From positions 27,901-91,900 of the forward strand of contig JBEKDI010000003.1 of assembly GCA_050014435.1 (NCBI GenBank): a DNA stretch of 64,000 nucleotides, read 5' to 3'. Source of the stretch: Verrucomicrobiota bacterium (GTDB lineage Bacteria > Verrucomicrobiota > Verrucomicrobiia > Limisphaerales > Palsa-1400). Below are positions 7,209-17,383 of this stretch, piece after piece. Numbering within the stretch: position 1 is the first letter of the stretch; every line of letters begins with the position of its first letter. The notes beneath the pieces were generated by a model. That model had not been told where the DNA came from and made no database searches. It worked only from the letters and a program-made list of their open reading frames with translations. A program made the position numbers and the translations under genes.

Positions 7209-10200
7209 CTACTTCACTTCAGCCAGAATCCGTTTGGCCTCGGCAGCCAGCTTATCAGTAATTCCAAGGGCGAGCGCCCGTTCCAGAGCCTGCTTGCTTT
7301 CCTTGCTCCGTTTGAGTCGATATTCGTCCAGCCCCAGATAGCAATACAGTTCCCCATCTTTTTTCGATTGGGAGAGGGTCTCGCCCAGGAGTTCGGCTGA
7401 CCTGGCATAATTACCCTTATAGAAACTCAAAATACCCAGGCTTTTGGCCACTGCAGGGTCATCCGGATAAGCGGTGCGCGCCTGTTCGGCCAGGGCGTAG
7501 CCGTGGTCGTCGTCGGTGAAGTGTTCCGCATCCAGGATGGCCAATTGCCGCGCCGCCGGCGCGAACTGGGGGAAAACCTCCAGCGCCTGGCCATAACTTT
7601 CCCGGGCCCCCTTGAGATCGCCCCCACTCTCCTGCGCCGCGCCGGAGACCATGAGCGCCGGAACGTACTTTGCCTCCGCTTGCAGAATCCGGCGCGCTTG
7701 TCCGGCTGCGGCCTGGACCCCGCCAGCGCTGCCCAAGGCGTCGGTCAGGGCCACAAATCGTTTGGCAGCATCACTTTCAGCGAACCCGACGCCGCTCTGC
7801 AGCGCCTTTTGCATGGCAGTGTGGGCCTCGGGAACACGGCCCACGGCATAGTAGGCCCATGCCAGATCGTAGAGCAACTCAGGCTGGTTGGGCTGGCGGT
7901 CCGCCGCGCTTTCCAGCAGACTCAAGGCCCAGGCGTAATCGCCGTTGTGATAAACCAGCCGGCCGAGAATGGCGGAAACCCCGGCATTATCCGGCGCCAA
8001 CTTGTGCGCCGCCGTGGCCAGTCTCAACGCTTTGTCCGGCTGGCTCAGCCGCGTCGCATATAATCCCGCAAGTTTTGCCATGATTGGGACCGCCTCCCCG
8101 TTCTTCTGCAGGGCGGCTTCGTAGGCCGCGGCCGCTTTTTCAAACGCGCCCTGGCGCTCTTCCACCGTGCCGATGCGATTGAGGATCACAGGGTCGCCGG
8201 GATAGTCCTGCAGGGCCTTTTCCAGCCCGGCCATAACCTTGGCGGCGGGCCCGGCGGTGTCCGCGTCGAGCAGGGCAAGCCGGCTGCGCGCCTCGTCCTT
8301 GGTTGCGTAGTCCTCCGGTGAAGCCACAGCGCGTTGCAACGCCACGCGGGCGTCGGCCTCGTCGTCCATCATGCAGTAGGTGATGCCGAGATGGAACTGG
8401 ATCTCGGCGCTGGCAGGGTCCTTTTCCGAGCTGTCCTGGAGAATGCTCAAAGCGTGGGAATAATCGCCTTTCTTAAATAGGATCCAGCCGAGGGTGTCCC
8501 CGACGTTGGGATTGTTCGGCGCCAGGTCCCGCGCTTTTTGGGCCAGTTCGAAAGCCTTGTCGATTTTGTTCAGCCGCACTGAGTAGAGGTAGGCCAGATT
8601 GTTCAGCACGGGAACCGAGTTGGAGCCCACGGACAGGGCTTTCTCGTAAGCCTCGCCCGCCGCGTCGAATTGCTTCAGTTTCTCGTGGATGGCGCCGATC
8701 TGCAAAAAGGCCGCCACATCGTTGGTCCGGGCAACGAAGCCATTCAATTTCTGCAATGCCTCCTCATATTTGCCCGTGGCGCAATACACGTCGGCGACCA
8801 ATAAGTAGGGGCTTGGCAAATCCGGATTCAATTGAATCGCATTGAGCAAATCCGTTTCAGCGTGAGCCGCGTTGGTTTGCGCCAGATCAATCTTGGCCAT
8901 AATCTCCCACGGTTCCGCAGCCTTGGGCGACTTGTCGATTTGCTCCCGGGCCAACGCCGCCGCCTCCTTGTAGTTGCGCCCGGCCAGGTCCAGATTAATC
9001 AACTGCTCCGCCGCCGGCAGATAAGCCGGCGCGATTTGCAGGGATTTTTCAAAAGCAAGACGGGCCTCCGCGTAATTGTGCTGGCCGGCTTGCACTACTC
9101 CGATGACGAACTGGATTTGCGGATCCGCCGGCATGGCCTCGGCCAGATCACGATAGACGGCAATCGCCGCGTCAGGCCTTTGCTGCGCCAGATAGGCCTC
9201 GGCCAGCAATGTACGCGCCTCGACAACGTTGGGCGCTTTTTTCAGAAGCCGCGTCAGCAAAACGACGGCTGAGGCAGGGTCGCCGCCCCGGATGTCCAGT
9301 CGCGCCTGAAGCAGGATCGCCTTGCCAAAGAACGGATCCAAGGCCAGGGCCTGATCCAAATGAGCCATGCCCTTGATCTTGTCTTGAGCCATCAAATAGC
9401 CCACGGCAAGCTCGTATTTGACTTCGGGACTTTTTTTGTAGAGCGAGTCCATGTGTTCAAGACTCTCCAGTGCCTTGGCCGCCTCCCCCCTGGCCAGGTA
9501 GACGCTGCCACGGCACAACAACGCATCGTAATTCATTGGGTCGCGTTCCAGGACCGTGTCGGCGCATTTGGCGGCCTCATCGTATTCCTTCCCGCTTAGG
9601 GCCAGATTCATCAGGCCGATCCAGCCCGGAATGAAATCCGGGACTTTTTGGGTTGTTTCCACCAGGAGCTTCCGGGCATCTTCGGCCGCTCCGCGCTGCG
9701 CCAGGTAATCAGCATAGCGGGTGCGGATGATGGAGCGCATCGGGGCGAACTCCGCCGCCATTTTAAAGTCCCTGGCCGCCTCCGCTTCGTTCTTCTCGAG
9801 GATAGAGAGCTCCGCCATGAAAAAATATGTTTGACTCGAATTGGGCCTGGCGGCCAGGGCCAGGCCCAATTCGTTGCCGGCCTCGTCCAAACTCCGCTGG
9901 CGCATCGCCAGCACGCCCAGGGCCAGGTGATAAGCGGGATTCTCCGCGGCGCGCGGCAGGGTCTCCACTTCCAGTTGGGTTTGCTTTGCGTTGCGGGAAC
10001 TGTCCACCAAAAGGATCAACGCCTCCTCATTGGTCGGCTGCGCCGAGAGAATGCGGCGGGCGATCATGGCGGCATTGGTGTCACGAAATGACAAATCGAC
10101 CTGCCCGAGCGCCAACTGGAAGGCAAGGCTGTTGGGCAGCAGTTCCACTGCCTTGCGCAGGCAAACACGGGCGTCGGCCAACCTGCCTTCCTTGGCATAG

Positions 10201-10418
10201 AGCCGGCCCAGTTGCCCGATGGCCATTGGATTCATCACGCCCAGATGCAGCACATCTTTATACTCCAGTTCGGCGTTGTCATATTTCTCGGCGGCGAAAT
10301 AGTCATTCCCCGCTTTGAGGTGCCGGTGGACACGGGCTTGTTTGGTGCAACCGCCGGCTGTGCCCAGAAGCAGAGCCAACAACAGGACCGGACCAATGCA
10401 ATGACATAATCTTTTCAT
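7209..10418 (-). CDS. PrsT-like TPR-repeat lipoprotein (PEP-CTERM system associated)
   Basis: 1,069 aa counted from ATG 10418 (MKRLCHCIGPVLLLALLLGTAGGC, lipobox). Essentially the whole protein is tandem TPR-like A/L/Y-rich helical repeats. It lies 8 nt downstream of the exosortase stop. Confidence 0.8.
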   Translation of the reverse strand: MKRLCHCIGPVLLLALLLGTAGGCTKQARVHRHLKAGNDYFAAEKYDNAELEYKDVLHLGVMNPMAIGQLGRLYAKEGRLADARVCLRKAVELLPNSLAFQLALGQVDLSFRDTNAAMIARRILSAQPTNEEALILLVDSSRNAKQTQLEVETLPRAAENPAYHLALGVLAMRQRSLDEAGNELGLALAARPNSSQTYFFMAELSILEKNEAEAARDFKMAAEFAPMRSIIRTRYADYLAQRGAAEDARKLLVETTQKVPDFIPGWIGLMNLALSGKEYDEAAKCADTVLERDPMNYDALLCRGSVYLARGEAAKALESLEHMDSLYKKSPEVKYELAVGYLMAQDKIKGMAHLDQALALDPFFGKAILLQARLDIRGGDPASAVVLLTRLLKKAPNVVEARTLLAEAYLAQQRPDAAIAVYRDLAEAMPADPQIQFVIGVVQAGQHNYAEARLAFEKSLQIAPAYLPAAEQLINLDLAGRNYKEAAALAREQIDKSPKAAEPWEIMAKIDLAQTNAAHAETDLLNAIQLNPDLPSPYLLVADVYCATGKYEEALQKLNGFVARTNDVAAFLQIGAIHEKLKQFDAAGEAYEKALSVGSNSVPVLNNLAYLYSVRLNKIDKAFELAQKARDLAPNNPNVGDTLGWILFKKGDYSHALSILQDSSEKDPASAEIQFHLGITYCMMDDEADARVALQRAVASPEDYATKDEARSRLALLDADTAGPAAKVMAGLEKALQDYPGDPVILNRIGTVEERQGAFEKAAAAYEAALQKNGEAVPIMAKLAGLYATRLSQPDKALRLATAAHKLAPDNAGVSAILGRLVYHNGDYAWALSLLESAADRQPNQPELLYDLAWAYYAVGRVPEAHTAMQKALQSGVGFAESDAAKRFVALTDALGSAGGVQAAAGQARRILQAEAKYVPALMVSGAAQESGGDLKGARESYGQALEVFPQFAPAARQLAILDAEHFTDDDHGYALAEQARTAYPDDPAVAKSLGILSFYKGNYARSAELLGETLSQSKKDGELYCYLGLDEYRLKRSKESKQALERALALGITDKLAAEAKRILAEVK

Positions 10419-10425
10419 AATCGGT

Positions 10426-11445
10426 TTAGGATTTTGCTGTGGCATTGACGGTTTTTGAACCGGGAAGTTCGGATTTTCGCAGCAACAAGAGCAGCGCGAA
10501 GAAAGGAATCAAGGAGAGGATGAAGAAAATCGGGCCGCCCTTGCGGTGGATGGGCGAATTGATCATGTCCCGGCTGATGCGGACACACAACTCACCGATG
10601 ACGAAGACGCGAAAGCCGTTGCGCAGGATCGCCAGAGGGACCACCACAGTGACCAGCAGGGCGCGCTTCCATCCGGAACGCAAAAACAGCTGACCCGCCA
10701 GAAAACTGGTGATGAGCAACACCATGGTGGAATGGATCCCGCTGCATTCCGGAGCGATTAGCAATGAAAAGCCAGGCAGGTGGAGGATCAGACCCTGGCG
10801 GTCCACCGGCATCATTGCCGCCGTGAGGAACCCGCTGGCGGTGACCGCCGACGTTATCTGGAAGAATGACATCGTCCAATCAAGCATGGCGGACGGGATC
10901 GGGACCATGAAGGCCAGGAACGCTATGGGAAAGGCCAGCAGCCGGGACATTGCGGTCCCAAAAAACGTCAGACAACCCGCCACCACAAACAGCAAATAGG
11001 AAGCGGCCGTAAAGGTCAGATAATCTTCCAGTTGGGATTTCCAGGCGGGATGCGCCGCCCACCTCCAGCCGCCTGGAAAAGCCTCACTCATGAGCACGTC
11101 CCTCGCCGCCCAATAGCGCAGGCAATAGCCGGAATGGGAGGCCCAAGTCCAGCCGATCAGGACCGCAATCCCGCCCAACGCAGCCGCCGCCCCCCATTTC
11201 CAGGACATCCCCGCCTGCCGCGGCAATTCCGGCCGTTTCAACCAGAATAAGTAAAGGCTGATGATCGGAATTAACGGGATGTAGGAGAAAAATTCGTCAT
11301 GCAGCGAATATTGCCCAAGAGCGTAGAGGGGGCGGGCAAAGCAGGCTGACAAAGCCAGGACAAAAAGAATAAATCCCATTGTCCGACGGCGCAACGCGGT
11401 TTCGCCGACGCGCTCGAGCGGAAGTGTCGATGCGGCGGTGGGCAT
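10426..11445 (-). CDS. Exosortase (EpsH/Xrt family)
   Basis: Polytopic membrane protein. The catalytic-Cys motif is LLIAPECSGIHSTMVLL, the conserved Arg motif is LAILRNGFRVFVIG, and the distal His is INSPIHRKGGPIFF. ATG 11445 begins 3 nt after the upstream gene's stop (11448-11450); the longer track ORF would overlap that gene. Confidence 0.85.
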   Translation of the reverse strand: MPTAASTLPLERVGETALRRRTMGFILFVLALSACFARPLYALGQYSLHDEFFSYIPLIPIISLYLFWLKRPELPRQAGMSWKWGAAAALGGIAVLIGWTWASHSGYCLRYWAARDVLMSEAFPGGWRWAAHPAWKSQLEDYLTFTAASYLLFVVAGCLTFFGTAMSRLLAFPIAFLAFMVPIPSAMLDWTMSFFQITSAVTASGFLTAAMMPVDRQGLILHLPGFSLLIAPECSGIHSTMVLLITSFLAGQLFLRSGWKRALLVTVVVPLAILRNGFRVFVIGELCVRISRDMINSPIHRKGGPIFFILSLIPFFALLLLLRKSELPGSKTVNATAKS

Positions 11446-11447
11446 AA

Positions 11448-12734
11448 TCAGGCTTTGAAGACCTGCCCGGGACGGGTCTTGATTGATGCCATGGCATTGC
11501 GGGTATCCACGATGCAGGACGCCCATTTCGCCAGTTCGTTATAGTCGATGCTCTGGTGTTTGGTGGCGATGACCACGAGATCAAAGCTCTTGAGGATCGT
11601 TGCGTCCCACGGCACCGACTTCACTCCAGCCCAGTGCGGATGTTCGCGCGTCGGTTTGATGACCGGGACATAGGGATCGTAATACGAAACCTCCGCCCCG
11701 CGCTCCTTGAACAAGTTCATCAGCACGTAGCTGGGAGACTCGCGGTCATCGTCCACGTCCGCCTTGTAAGCCAGGCCGAGAATCAGGACTTTGGAGCCGT
11801 TGACCGATTTGCGTACGGTGTTGAGGGCGGCCACGCCTTGCAGGACAACATAATCGGGCATGGCGGTGTTGATTTCGCCGGCCAGTTCGATGAACCGCGT
11901 GTTTTGCGCGTACTCGCGCGCCTTCCAGGTGAGATAGAACGGATCGATGGGAATGCAATGCCCGCCCAGGCCGGGCCCGGGATAAAACGGCATGAAACCA
12001 AAGGGCTTCGTCCTGGCCGCGTCGATCACTTCCCAGACATCGATGCCCATGGCGCTGTAAACTACTTTCAATTCGTTCACCAGGGCGATATTGACGCTGC
12101 GGAAGATGTTCTCGGTCAGTTTGGTGGCTTCGGCCACGCGGCAGGAAGAGACCGGCACCAGGGTCTTGATGGCGCGGCCATAGACGGCCTTGGCGCGTTC
12201 CAAACAAGCGGGCGTCAACCCGCCAATGACTTTGGGAATCATCGCCACCTTGCTCTGCGGATTGCCCGGATCCTCGCGTTCCGGAGAAAAGGCCAGATGA
12301 AAATCAACCCCGGCTTTCATGCCTGACCCGGCCTCCAGCACGCCGCGCAAATCCTCGTCCGTTGTCCCCGGGTAGGTCGTGGATTCCAGCACCACCAGCG
12401 TCCCCTTGCGCAGGTGCGGCGCCAGGCTCCGCCCGGTGTCCAGGATGTAGGAAATGTCCGGCTCGCGGTTTTTGTTCAGGGGCGTCGGCACGCAAATGAT
12501 GACCGCCTCCACCTCCTTGACCCGGCTGAAATCAGTCGAGGCGGAAAACTTGCCGCCGTTGACTTCCCGGGCAATGGCCGCAGCTTCGATGTGCTTGATG
12601 TAACTCCTGCCGGCGTTGATGGCTGTGACCTTGGCTTCGTCCACGTCCAGTCCCAGGACCGTGGTGTCGGACCGCGCGAATTGCAAAGACAGCGGCAGTC
12701 CAACGTATCCCAGTCCAACAATCGCAATATTCAT
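11448..12734 (-). CDS. Nucleotide-sugar 6-dehydrogenase (UDP-GlcNAc / UDP-ManNAc dehydrogenase family, WbpA/TviB-like)
   Basis: N-terminal Rossmann motif MNIAIVGLGYVGLPLSLQFA. Family-typical GGHCIPIDP catalytic Cys segment. 428 aa. Confidence 0.85.
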   Translation of the reverse strand: MNIAIVGLGYVGLPLSLQFARSDTTVLGLDVDEAKVTAINAGRSYIKHIEAAAIAREVNGGKFSASTDFSRVKEVEAVIICVPTPLNKNREPDISYILDTGRSLAPHLRKGTLVVLESTTYPGTTDEDLRGVLEAGSGMKAGVDFHLAFSPEREDPGNPQSKVAMIPKVIGGLTPACLERAKAVYGRAIKTLVPVSSCRVAEATKLTENIFRSVNIALVNELKVVYSAMGIDVWEVIDAARTKPFGFMPFYPGPGLGGHCIPIDPFYLTWKAREYAQNTRFIELAGEINTAMPDYVVLQGVAALNTVRKSVNGSKVLILGLAYKADVDDDRESPSYVLMNLFKERGAEVSYYDPYVPVIKPTREHPHWAGVKSVPWDATILKSFDLVVIATKHQSIDYNELAKWASCIVDTRNAMASIKTRPGQVFKA

Positions 12735-12795
12735 ATTCTTGTATATGTCAATTATATGTTTCTTGGTTGTCTTTCCATCAACTTTTTTCCATTTT

Positions 12796-13815
12796 TCACT
12801 TTTTTTCGCTTTTTTTCACTTTTCCGACCCAATCCCGGTTGCTCAAGTACCATTGCACCGTCTCGCGAATGCCAGTCTCGAAAGTGTGCGCGGGGGTCCA
12901 GCCCAATTCCCTTTGTATCTTGCCAGCGTCGATGGCGTAGCGGCGGTCATGGCCGGGCCGGTCCTTGACATAACTGATGAGCCGGCGCGAGTTGCCGCCC
13001 AAGCGCGGGGCCAGCTCGTCCATCAGGTCGCAAATCAGCTCCACGATGCGAATATTGGCCCATTCGTTATGGCCGCCGATGTTGTAGGTCTCGCCGTCGC
13101 GTCCCCGGTTCAGCACCTGCCAGAGGGCCTCGGCGTGGTCGCCGACGTAAAGCCAGTCGCGCACGTTCATGCCGTCGCCATAAACGGGGATGGGCTTGCG
13201 CTGGCACACGCTCTCGATGATGACCGGGATGAGCTTCTCCGGAAACTGGCGGGGGCCGTAATTATTGGAACAATTGGTGGTGACCACGGGCAGGCCGTAA
13301 GTGTGATAATACGAGCGCACCAGCAGATCGCTCGACGCCTTGCTCGCGGAATAGGGCGAATTCGGCGCATACGGCGTGCTTTCGGTAAAGAAGCCCGACG
13401 GCCCCAGGCTGCCGTAGACCTCGTCGGTCGAAACGTGATGGAACCGTTTTCCGGCGAAGTTATTGCCCCATGCGCCGCGCACGGCCTCCAATAGATGGAA
13501 CGTGCCGACGATGTTGGTCTGGATAAAATCGCCCGGCCCGGCGATGGACCGGTCCACATGGGATTCCGCGGCCAAATGCAGCACATGAGTGATGGCTTGC
13601 CGTTGCACCACCTCGCAGATGGCGTCCTTGTCGCGCAGGTCCGTCTTCTCGAAGACATATTTCGCATGGCCGGCCAGCCCCTCGAGATTCTCCAGATGCC
13701 CCGCATAGGTCAGGCAATCCACATTGACCAGCCGCTGGATGCCGGCATTGCCAATAATATGATGGATCAGGTTCGACCCGATGAATCCGGCTCCCCCTGT
13801 GACAAGCAAGTTCAT
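12796..13815 (-). CDS. rfbB: dTDP-glucose 4,6-dehydratase
   Basis: [16 protein letters not shown]..., [15 protein letters not shown] (YxxxK), [17 protein letters not shown] 13815 overlaps the upstream stop in an ATGA arrangement. Confidence 0.9.
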   Translation of the reverse strand: MNLLVTGGAGFIGSNLIHHIIGNAGIQRLVNVDCLTYAGHLENLEGLAGHAKYVFEKTDLRDKDAICEVVQRQAITHVLHLAAESHVDRSIAGPGDFIQTNIVGTFHLLEAVRGAWGNNFAGKRFHHVSTDEVYGSLGPSGFFTESTPYAPNSPYSASKASSDLLVRSYYHTYGLPVVTTNCSNNYGPRQFPEKLIPVIIESVCQRKPIPVYGDGMNVRDWLYVGDHAEALWQVLNRGRDGETYNIGGHNEWANIRIVELICDLMDELAPRLGGNSRRLISYVKDRPGHDRRYAIDAGKIQRELGWTPAHTFETGIRETVQWYLSNRDWVGKVKKSEKK

Positions 13816-14762
13816 TTTAAATTCACCCAGTTCTTCAGCGAATCCACCAGGGCATCCTCGACGGGACGGATGGCGACCCCGGCGGACAGCAGTTTGGTTG
13901 CGTCCAGTATGCAATTGGACCGCGGCGTTTTCGCGGCCACCTTGTAAAACTCCGCGTCATCGCTCCAAAACTCGAAGGAGCGCGCCGGACGCAGGATTTT
14001 TTGCATCATCTCCACCACCTGCCGGGTGGTGACGAAGCCGGGATTGGTGACATTGTAGGTCCCGAAGGGGGCCCGCTTCTGCCAGAGATCGAGGCAGGCG
14101 GCCGTGAAATCCCCGCGATGCGACAGGGAGTTGACGTTCTGATAGACTTTGGCGTAGTTGCGCAACTTGCTCAGGTAGTTGCGCGGATTGTCAAATCGAT
14201 CAAAGGGGATGCGCAAGCGCCAGATGTAACCCTGGCCGACGCCGCGCAAGGCCTCCTCGCCCAGCGCCTTGCTGCCGCTGTAAAAGCTGCACGGCGGACT
14301 GCGAAAAGTGAAATTCGGCTCATCCGCCTCGGTGAACCCCCGGAAGGCGGCGCGGTTTTTCTCCAACAAGGCCGGCAGGCCGTTCTTGTTCAAGTCTCTT
14401 TCGATGCGATCCCGTCCGCCCTCGACGACGCGGGCGCCGCTGAAAATGCAGCCGGACGACACATGGCCGTAGGGAATGCCCAGGCTGGCGCAGGCGTGGG
14501 CGGCCGCGGCGGGAAAAAGCGTGTTGCCCTGGAGTGTGTCGGCCCAGTGTTGCTCGCAGGCGTCCACGTTCGGTTTGCCGGTGTAGCCCGCCGCGTTGAT
14601 CAGGAATTCGGGCCGGATCTTTTCGAGGTAAGCGCGCAAGGCCGCGAATTGCCCGTAATCAATCTCCGAACGCAACGGAGCGGCAAATGGAATGCCGCGC
14701 TCCTGCAAAGTCCGGGCAAACTGCCCGCCGACATAACCGGTTCCGCCCAACAGAATAATCAT
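13812..14762 (-). CDS. NRS/ER-like dTDP(UDP)-4-keto-6-deoxyhexose reductase (RmlD superfamily, plant/giant-virus-like subtype)
   Basis: [13 protein letters not shown] Rossmann motif, [28 protein letters not shown] (YxxxK), and NPRNYLSKL...[18 protein letters not shown]...[12 protein letters not shown]. By recall these segments align with Arabidopsis NRS/ER (NPRNFITKI...FTNPGVVSHNEILEMY...PRSNNELDATKL) better than with E. coli RmlD. Confidence 0.7.
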   Translation of the reverse strand: MIILLGGTGYVGGQFARTLQERGIPFAAPLRSEIDYGQFAALRAYLEKIRPEFLINAAGYTGKPNVDACEQHWADTLQGNTLFPAAAAHACASLGIPYGHVSSGCIFSGARVVEGGRDRIERDLNKNGLPALLEKNRAAFRGFTEADEPNFTFRSPPCSFYSGSKALGEEALRGVGQGYIWRLRIPFDRFDNPRNYLSKLRNYAKVYQNVNSLSHRGDFTAACLDLWQKRAPFGTYNVTNPGFVTTRQVVEMMQKILRPARSFEFWSDDAEFYKVAAKTPRSNCILDATKLLSAGVAIRPVEDALVDSLKNWVNLK

Positions 14763-14764
14763 AG

Positions 14765-15634
14765 TCAACGACTCGCTTCAGCCAGGACACGATAGAGATA
14801 ATCCCGATATTCGCAATGAGGCATTTGCGCCGCCAGTTTCTCCAGTTGGCTGCGCGTGATGAACTCCCGATGGAAAGCCGCTTCCTCGGGACAGCCGATT
14901 TTGATCCCCTGCCGCTTTTCAATCGTTTGCACGTAAGCGGAGGCCTCGTGCAGGCTGCTGCTGGTGCCGGCGTCCAGCCAGGCGAACCCCCGGCTCAACT
15001 GGAAGACCTGCAACTGCCCGAGGCGCAGATAGGCCACATTCACATCGGTGATTTCCAATTCTCCCCGCGGGGAGGGTTTAAGATTCCGGGTGATGCTCAC
15101 CACCTGGTTGTCATACAAATAAAGCCCCGGCACGGCATGATTGCTGCGCGGGGACTTCGGTTTCTCTTCAATCGAAATGGCCCGGCCCCCGGCGTCGAAT
15201 TCGACCACGCCATAACGTTCCGGGTCGGTCACGCGATAGCCAAAAATGGCCGCGCCGGTCTTGAATCCGGCGAAGGCCCGTTTAAAACCGTCCGCCCCGT
15301 AAAAAACGTTGTCGCCCAAAATGAGCGTCACCGGGTCCGCCCCGATAAAGGATTCGGCGATCAAGAACGCCTGGGCGATGCCGGCGGGCCTGGGCTGTTC
15401 GCGATAATCAATGGCCAGGCCCCAGGGTTTCCCGTCGCCCAGCAATTGCCGGAACCGCGGCAAATCCTGCGGCGTGGAAATCAGGCAGATTTCGCGGACG
15501 CCGTTTTCGATCAACGTCGTCAGCGGATAATAAATCATCGGCTTGTCATAAACCGGCTGCAACTGTTTGCTCGCCACCAGGGTGAGGGGGTACAAACGCG
15601 AACCGGCGCCGCCGGCGAGAATGATGCCTTTCAT
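14765..15634 (-). CDS. rfbA: Glucose-1-phosphate thymidylyltransferase
   Basis: MKGIILAGGAGSRLYPLT..., DKPMIYYPL, LGDNVFYG. The internal ATG 15634 is used because the longer track ORF overlaps the upstream gene. Confidence 0.9.
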   Translation of the reverse strand: MKGIILAGGAGSRLYPLTLVASKQLQPVYDKPMIYYPLTTLIENGVREICLISTPQDLPRFRQLLGDGKPWGLAIDYREQPRPAGIAQAFLIAESFIGADPVTLILGDNVFYGADGFKRAFAGFKTGAAIFGYRVTDPERYGVVEFDAGGRAISIEEKPKSPRSNHAVPGLYLYDNQVVSITRNLKPSPRGELEITDVNVAYLRLGQLQVFQLSRGFAWLDAGTSSSLHEASAYVQTIEKRQGIKIGCPEEAAFHREFITRSQLEKLAAQMPHCEYRDYLYRVLAEASR

Positions 15635-15638
15635 GGGG

Positions 15639-16694
15639 TCAGAGCGGGATTGGGGTTGGGATGGGGAGGCGTTTTTGCATGGCCACGTACCAGGACAGGG
15701 CCTCGTCAAGACCATTTTCGATTTTGTGGGTCGGGGCGTAGCCCAGCAACCGCCTGGCTCTGCTGATGTCAGCCCGCGAATGGCGCACGTCGCCCGGTTG
15801 AAAGTCGCGGTGAACCGGTTTCATCTCCCGCAAGTGCGGGTGGGCGTGCACCAACCGCTCGCGCAACATCTGGAACAGATTGGTGAGAGTTGTTTCTTCG
15901 CCCAGGGCAATGTTGCAGGCGGTGTTCAGCGCCTGCGGATTGGCGGTGGTCGCGGCCAGCAGGTTGGCCTGGACGACGTTGGCCACATAACAAAAATCGC
16001 GGCTGGTTGAGCCGTCGCCATTGATATAAACAGGATCGTTTTGGATCATGGCCGCAATCCACTTCGGAATCACAGCCGCGTACTGACCGTTCGGATCCTG
16101 GCGCGGGCCGAAGACGTTGAAGTAGCGCAAGCCGATGCTGCCCATGCCGTAGCACCGGGCGAAGACGTCGGCGTAGAGTTCATTGACCCGTTTGGAAACC
16201 GCGTAAGGGGAAAGGCAATTACCGATGTTCTCCTCGACCTGCGGCAGGGCGGCGGCATCGCCATAGACCGAACTGCTGGACGCAAAGACAAATCGCTGGA
16301 CGCCTCCCTCCCTCGCCGCCCATAACATGTTCAGAAATCCGGTGACGTTGTTGGCATTGGTTTCGGTTGGACGGGCCACGGAACGCGGCACCGAGCCTAT
16401 GGCGGCTTGGTGCAGGACGTAATGCGCCCCCTTCACGGCATCACGGCAGGTGGCGGCGTCCTGGGTGTCCCCTTTGATCCAGGTAAAATTCTTCCAGCGC
16501 TCCGGTCCGACGGCGGCTTGGACCTGGGCCAGATTGCCGGCGTGGCCGGTGGACAGGTTGTCCAATCCCACCACGCGCTGGTTCAAGCGCAACAAAGCCT
16601 CCAACAAATTCGAGCCGATGAAGCCCGCGACGCCGGTGACTGCCCACACTTTGGGCGACGTCTTCAACTCTGCCTGTGTTTCCTCAAATTTCAT
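15639..16694 (-). CDS. NAD-dependent UDP-HexNAc 4-epimerase (WbpP/TviC-like SDR)
   Basis: [30 protein letters not shown] (YxxxK). The extended-SDR layout resembles WbpP/TviC. Confidence 0.75.
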   Translation of the reverse strand: MKFEETQAELKTSPKVWAVTGVAGFIGSNLLEALLRLNQRVVGLDNLSTGHAGNLAQVQAAVGPERWKNFTWIKGDTQDAATCRDAVKGAHYVLHQAAIGSVPRSVARPTETNANNVTGFLNMLWAAREGGVQRFVFASSSSVYGDAAALPQVEENIGNCLSPYAVSKRVNELYADVFARCYGMGSIGLRYFNVFGPRQDPNGQYAAVIPKWIAAMIQNDPVYINGDGSTSRDFCYVANVVQANLLAATTANPQALNTACNIALGEETTLTNLFQMLRERLVHAHPHLREMKPVHRDFQPGDVRHSRADISRARRLLGYAPTHKIENGLDEALSWYVAMQKRLPIPTPIPL

Positions 16695-16705
16695 TGGTGG
16701 TCCAG

Positions 16706-17110
16706 TTACTTGCGATTACGGAGAAGCCGGCGCAATCGCGCCGTAGTTTTCTCCCGATCCAGGGCACCCGATGCAACATCCAGAGTCAACCGCTCCCAGG
16801 CATCCGTGTCCAGTTTTTCCCCCGGCAGCAAGCCGTTTTCGCTCAGGAACACCAGACACGTCGCCAGCGCCGTCCGCTTGTTGCCGTCCACAAACGGATG
16901 ATTGGAACATAGATAAAACAGATAGGCCGCGGCAATCTCCATGGGATTTGAAAACATTGCCTTGCCCATCATGGTCGCTTGTGGCGCTGCCACAGCCGAT
17001 TCCAGCAGCGCCTGGTCGCGCAAGCCCGCCAAACCGCCGTGCGCCGCCAGCACTTCGGCGTGAATGGCCATGACCGCCGCCACCGTGGGATGAGCCAATG
17101 GCCCGCTCAT
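16706..17110 (-). CDS. doc: Doc (death-on-curing) family toxin, Fic fold
   Basis: Contains [11 protein letters not shown], the Doc-type Fic motif H.F.[DE]GNKR. 134 aa. Its start overlaps the antitoxin stop (ATGA at 17107-17110). Confidence 0.85.
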   Translation of the reverse strand: MSGPLAHPTVAAVMAIHAEVLAAHGGLAGLRDQALLESAVAAPQATMMGKAMFSNPMEIAAAYLFYLCSNHPFVDGNKRTALATCLVFLSENGLLPGEKLDTDAWERLTLDVASGALDREKTTARLRRLLRNRK

Positions 17111-17334
17111 GCCAGACGCCGGAAAAGCTCTGAATTCTTGGAAATGAGTCGGGCCGCCGTGGTCGCGGCCTTCTTCGGCTCGATGCTCCGGCGCAGCGGC
17201 GTGAGGGTGATAACGCCCCCCTCATGCAGTTCGACATTGACGAGATCACCCCTCTTCAAACGGGCCAGATCCATCATTGCTGCGTCGAATATGATGCCAT
17301 TGGAATTGCCGACTTTTGCAATGGTCTTCGTCAT
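17107..17334 (-). CDS. AbrB/MazE/SpoVT-type antitoxin
   Basis: 75 aa, MTKTIAKVGNSNGIIFDAAMMDLARLKRGDLVNVELHEGGVITLTP (swapped-hairpin AbrB-like motif). It lies directly upstream of doc and is translationally coupled to it. Confidence 0.75.
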   Translation of the reverse strand: MTKTIAKVGNSNGIIFDAAMMDLARLKRGDLVNVELHEGGVITLTPLRRSIEPKKAATTAARLISKNSELFRRLA

Positions 17335-17383
17335 GATGTAATACTACGTTTTACGCAGCGGGATGTCAAACCAGCCAGCCGGA

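Noticed and set aside
12796-12835. T-rich run with repeated ttttttc(a/g)c that looks like a terminator tail or repeat
   Set aside because: It lies inside the rfbB reading frame and encodes the Lys-rich C-terminus (...KVKKSEKK). There is no adjacent stem-loop.
16706-17110. Alternative reading of the Fic-domain protein as an AMPylating Fic enzyme
   Set aside because: The motif is [11 protein letters not shown] (Doc-type, with K in place of the second G of HxFx[DE]GNGRxxR). The protein is small (134 aa) and is paired with an upstream AbrB-type antitoxin, which fits Doc rather than an AMPylator.
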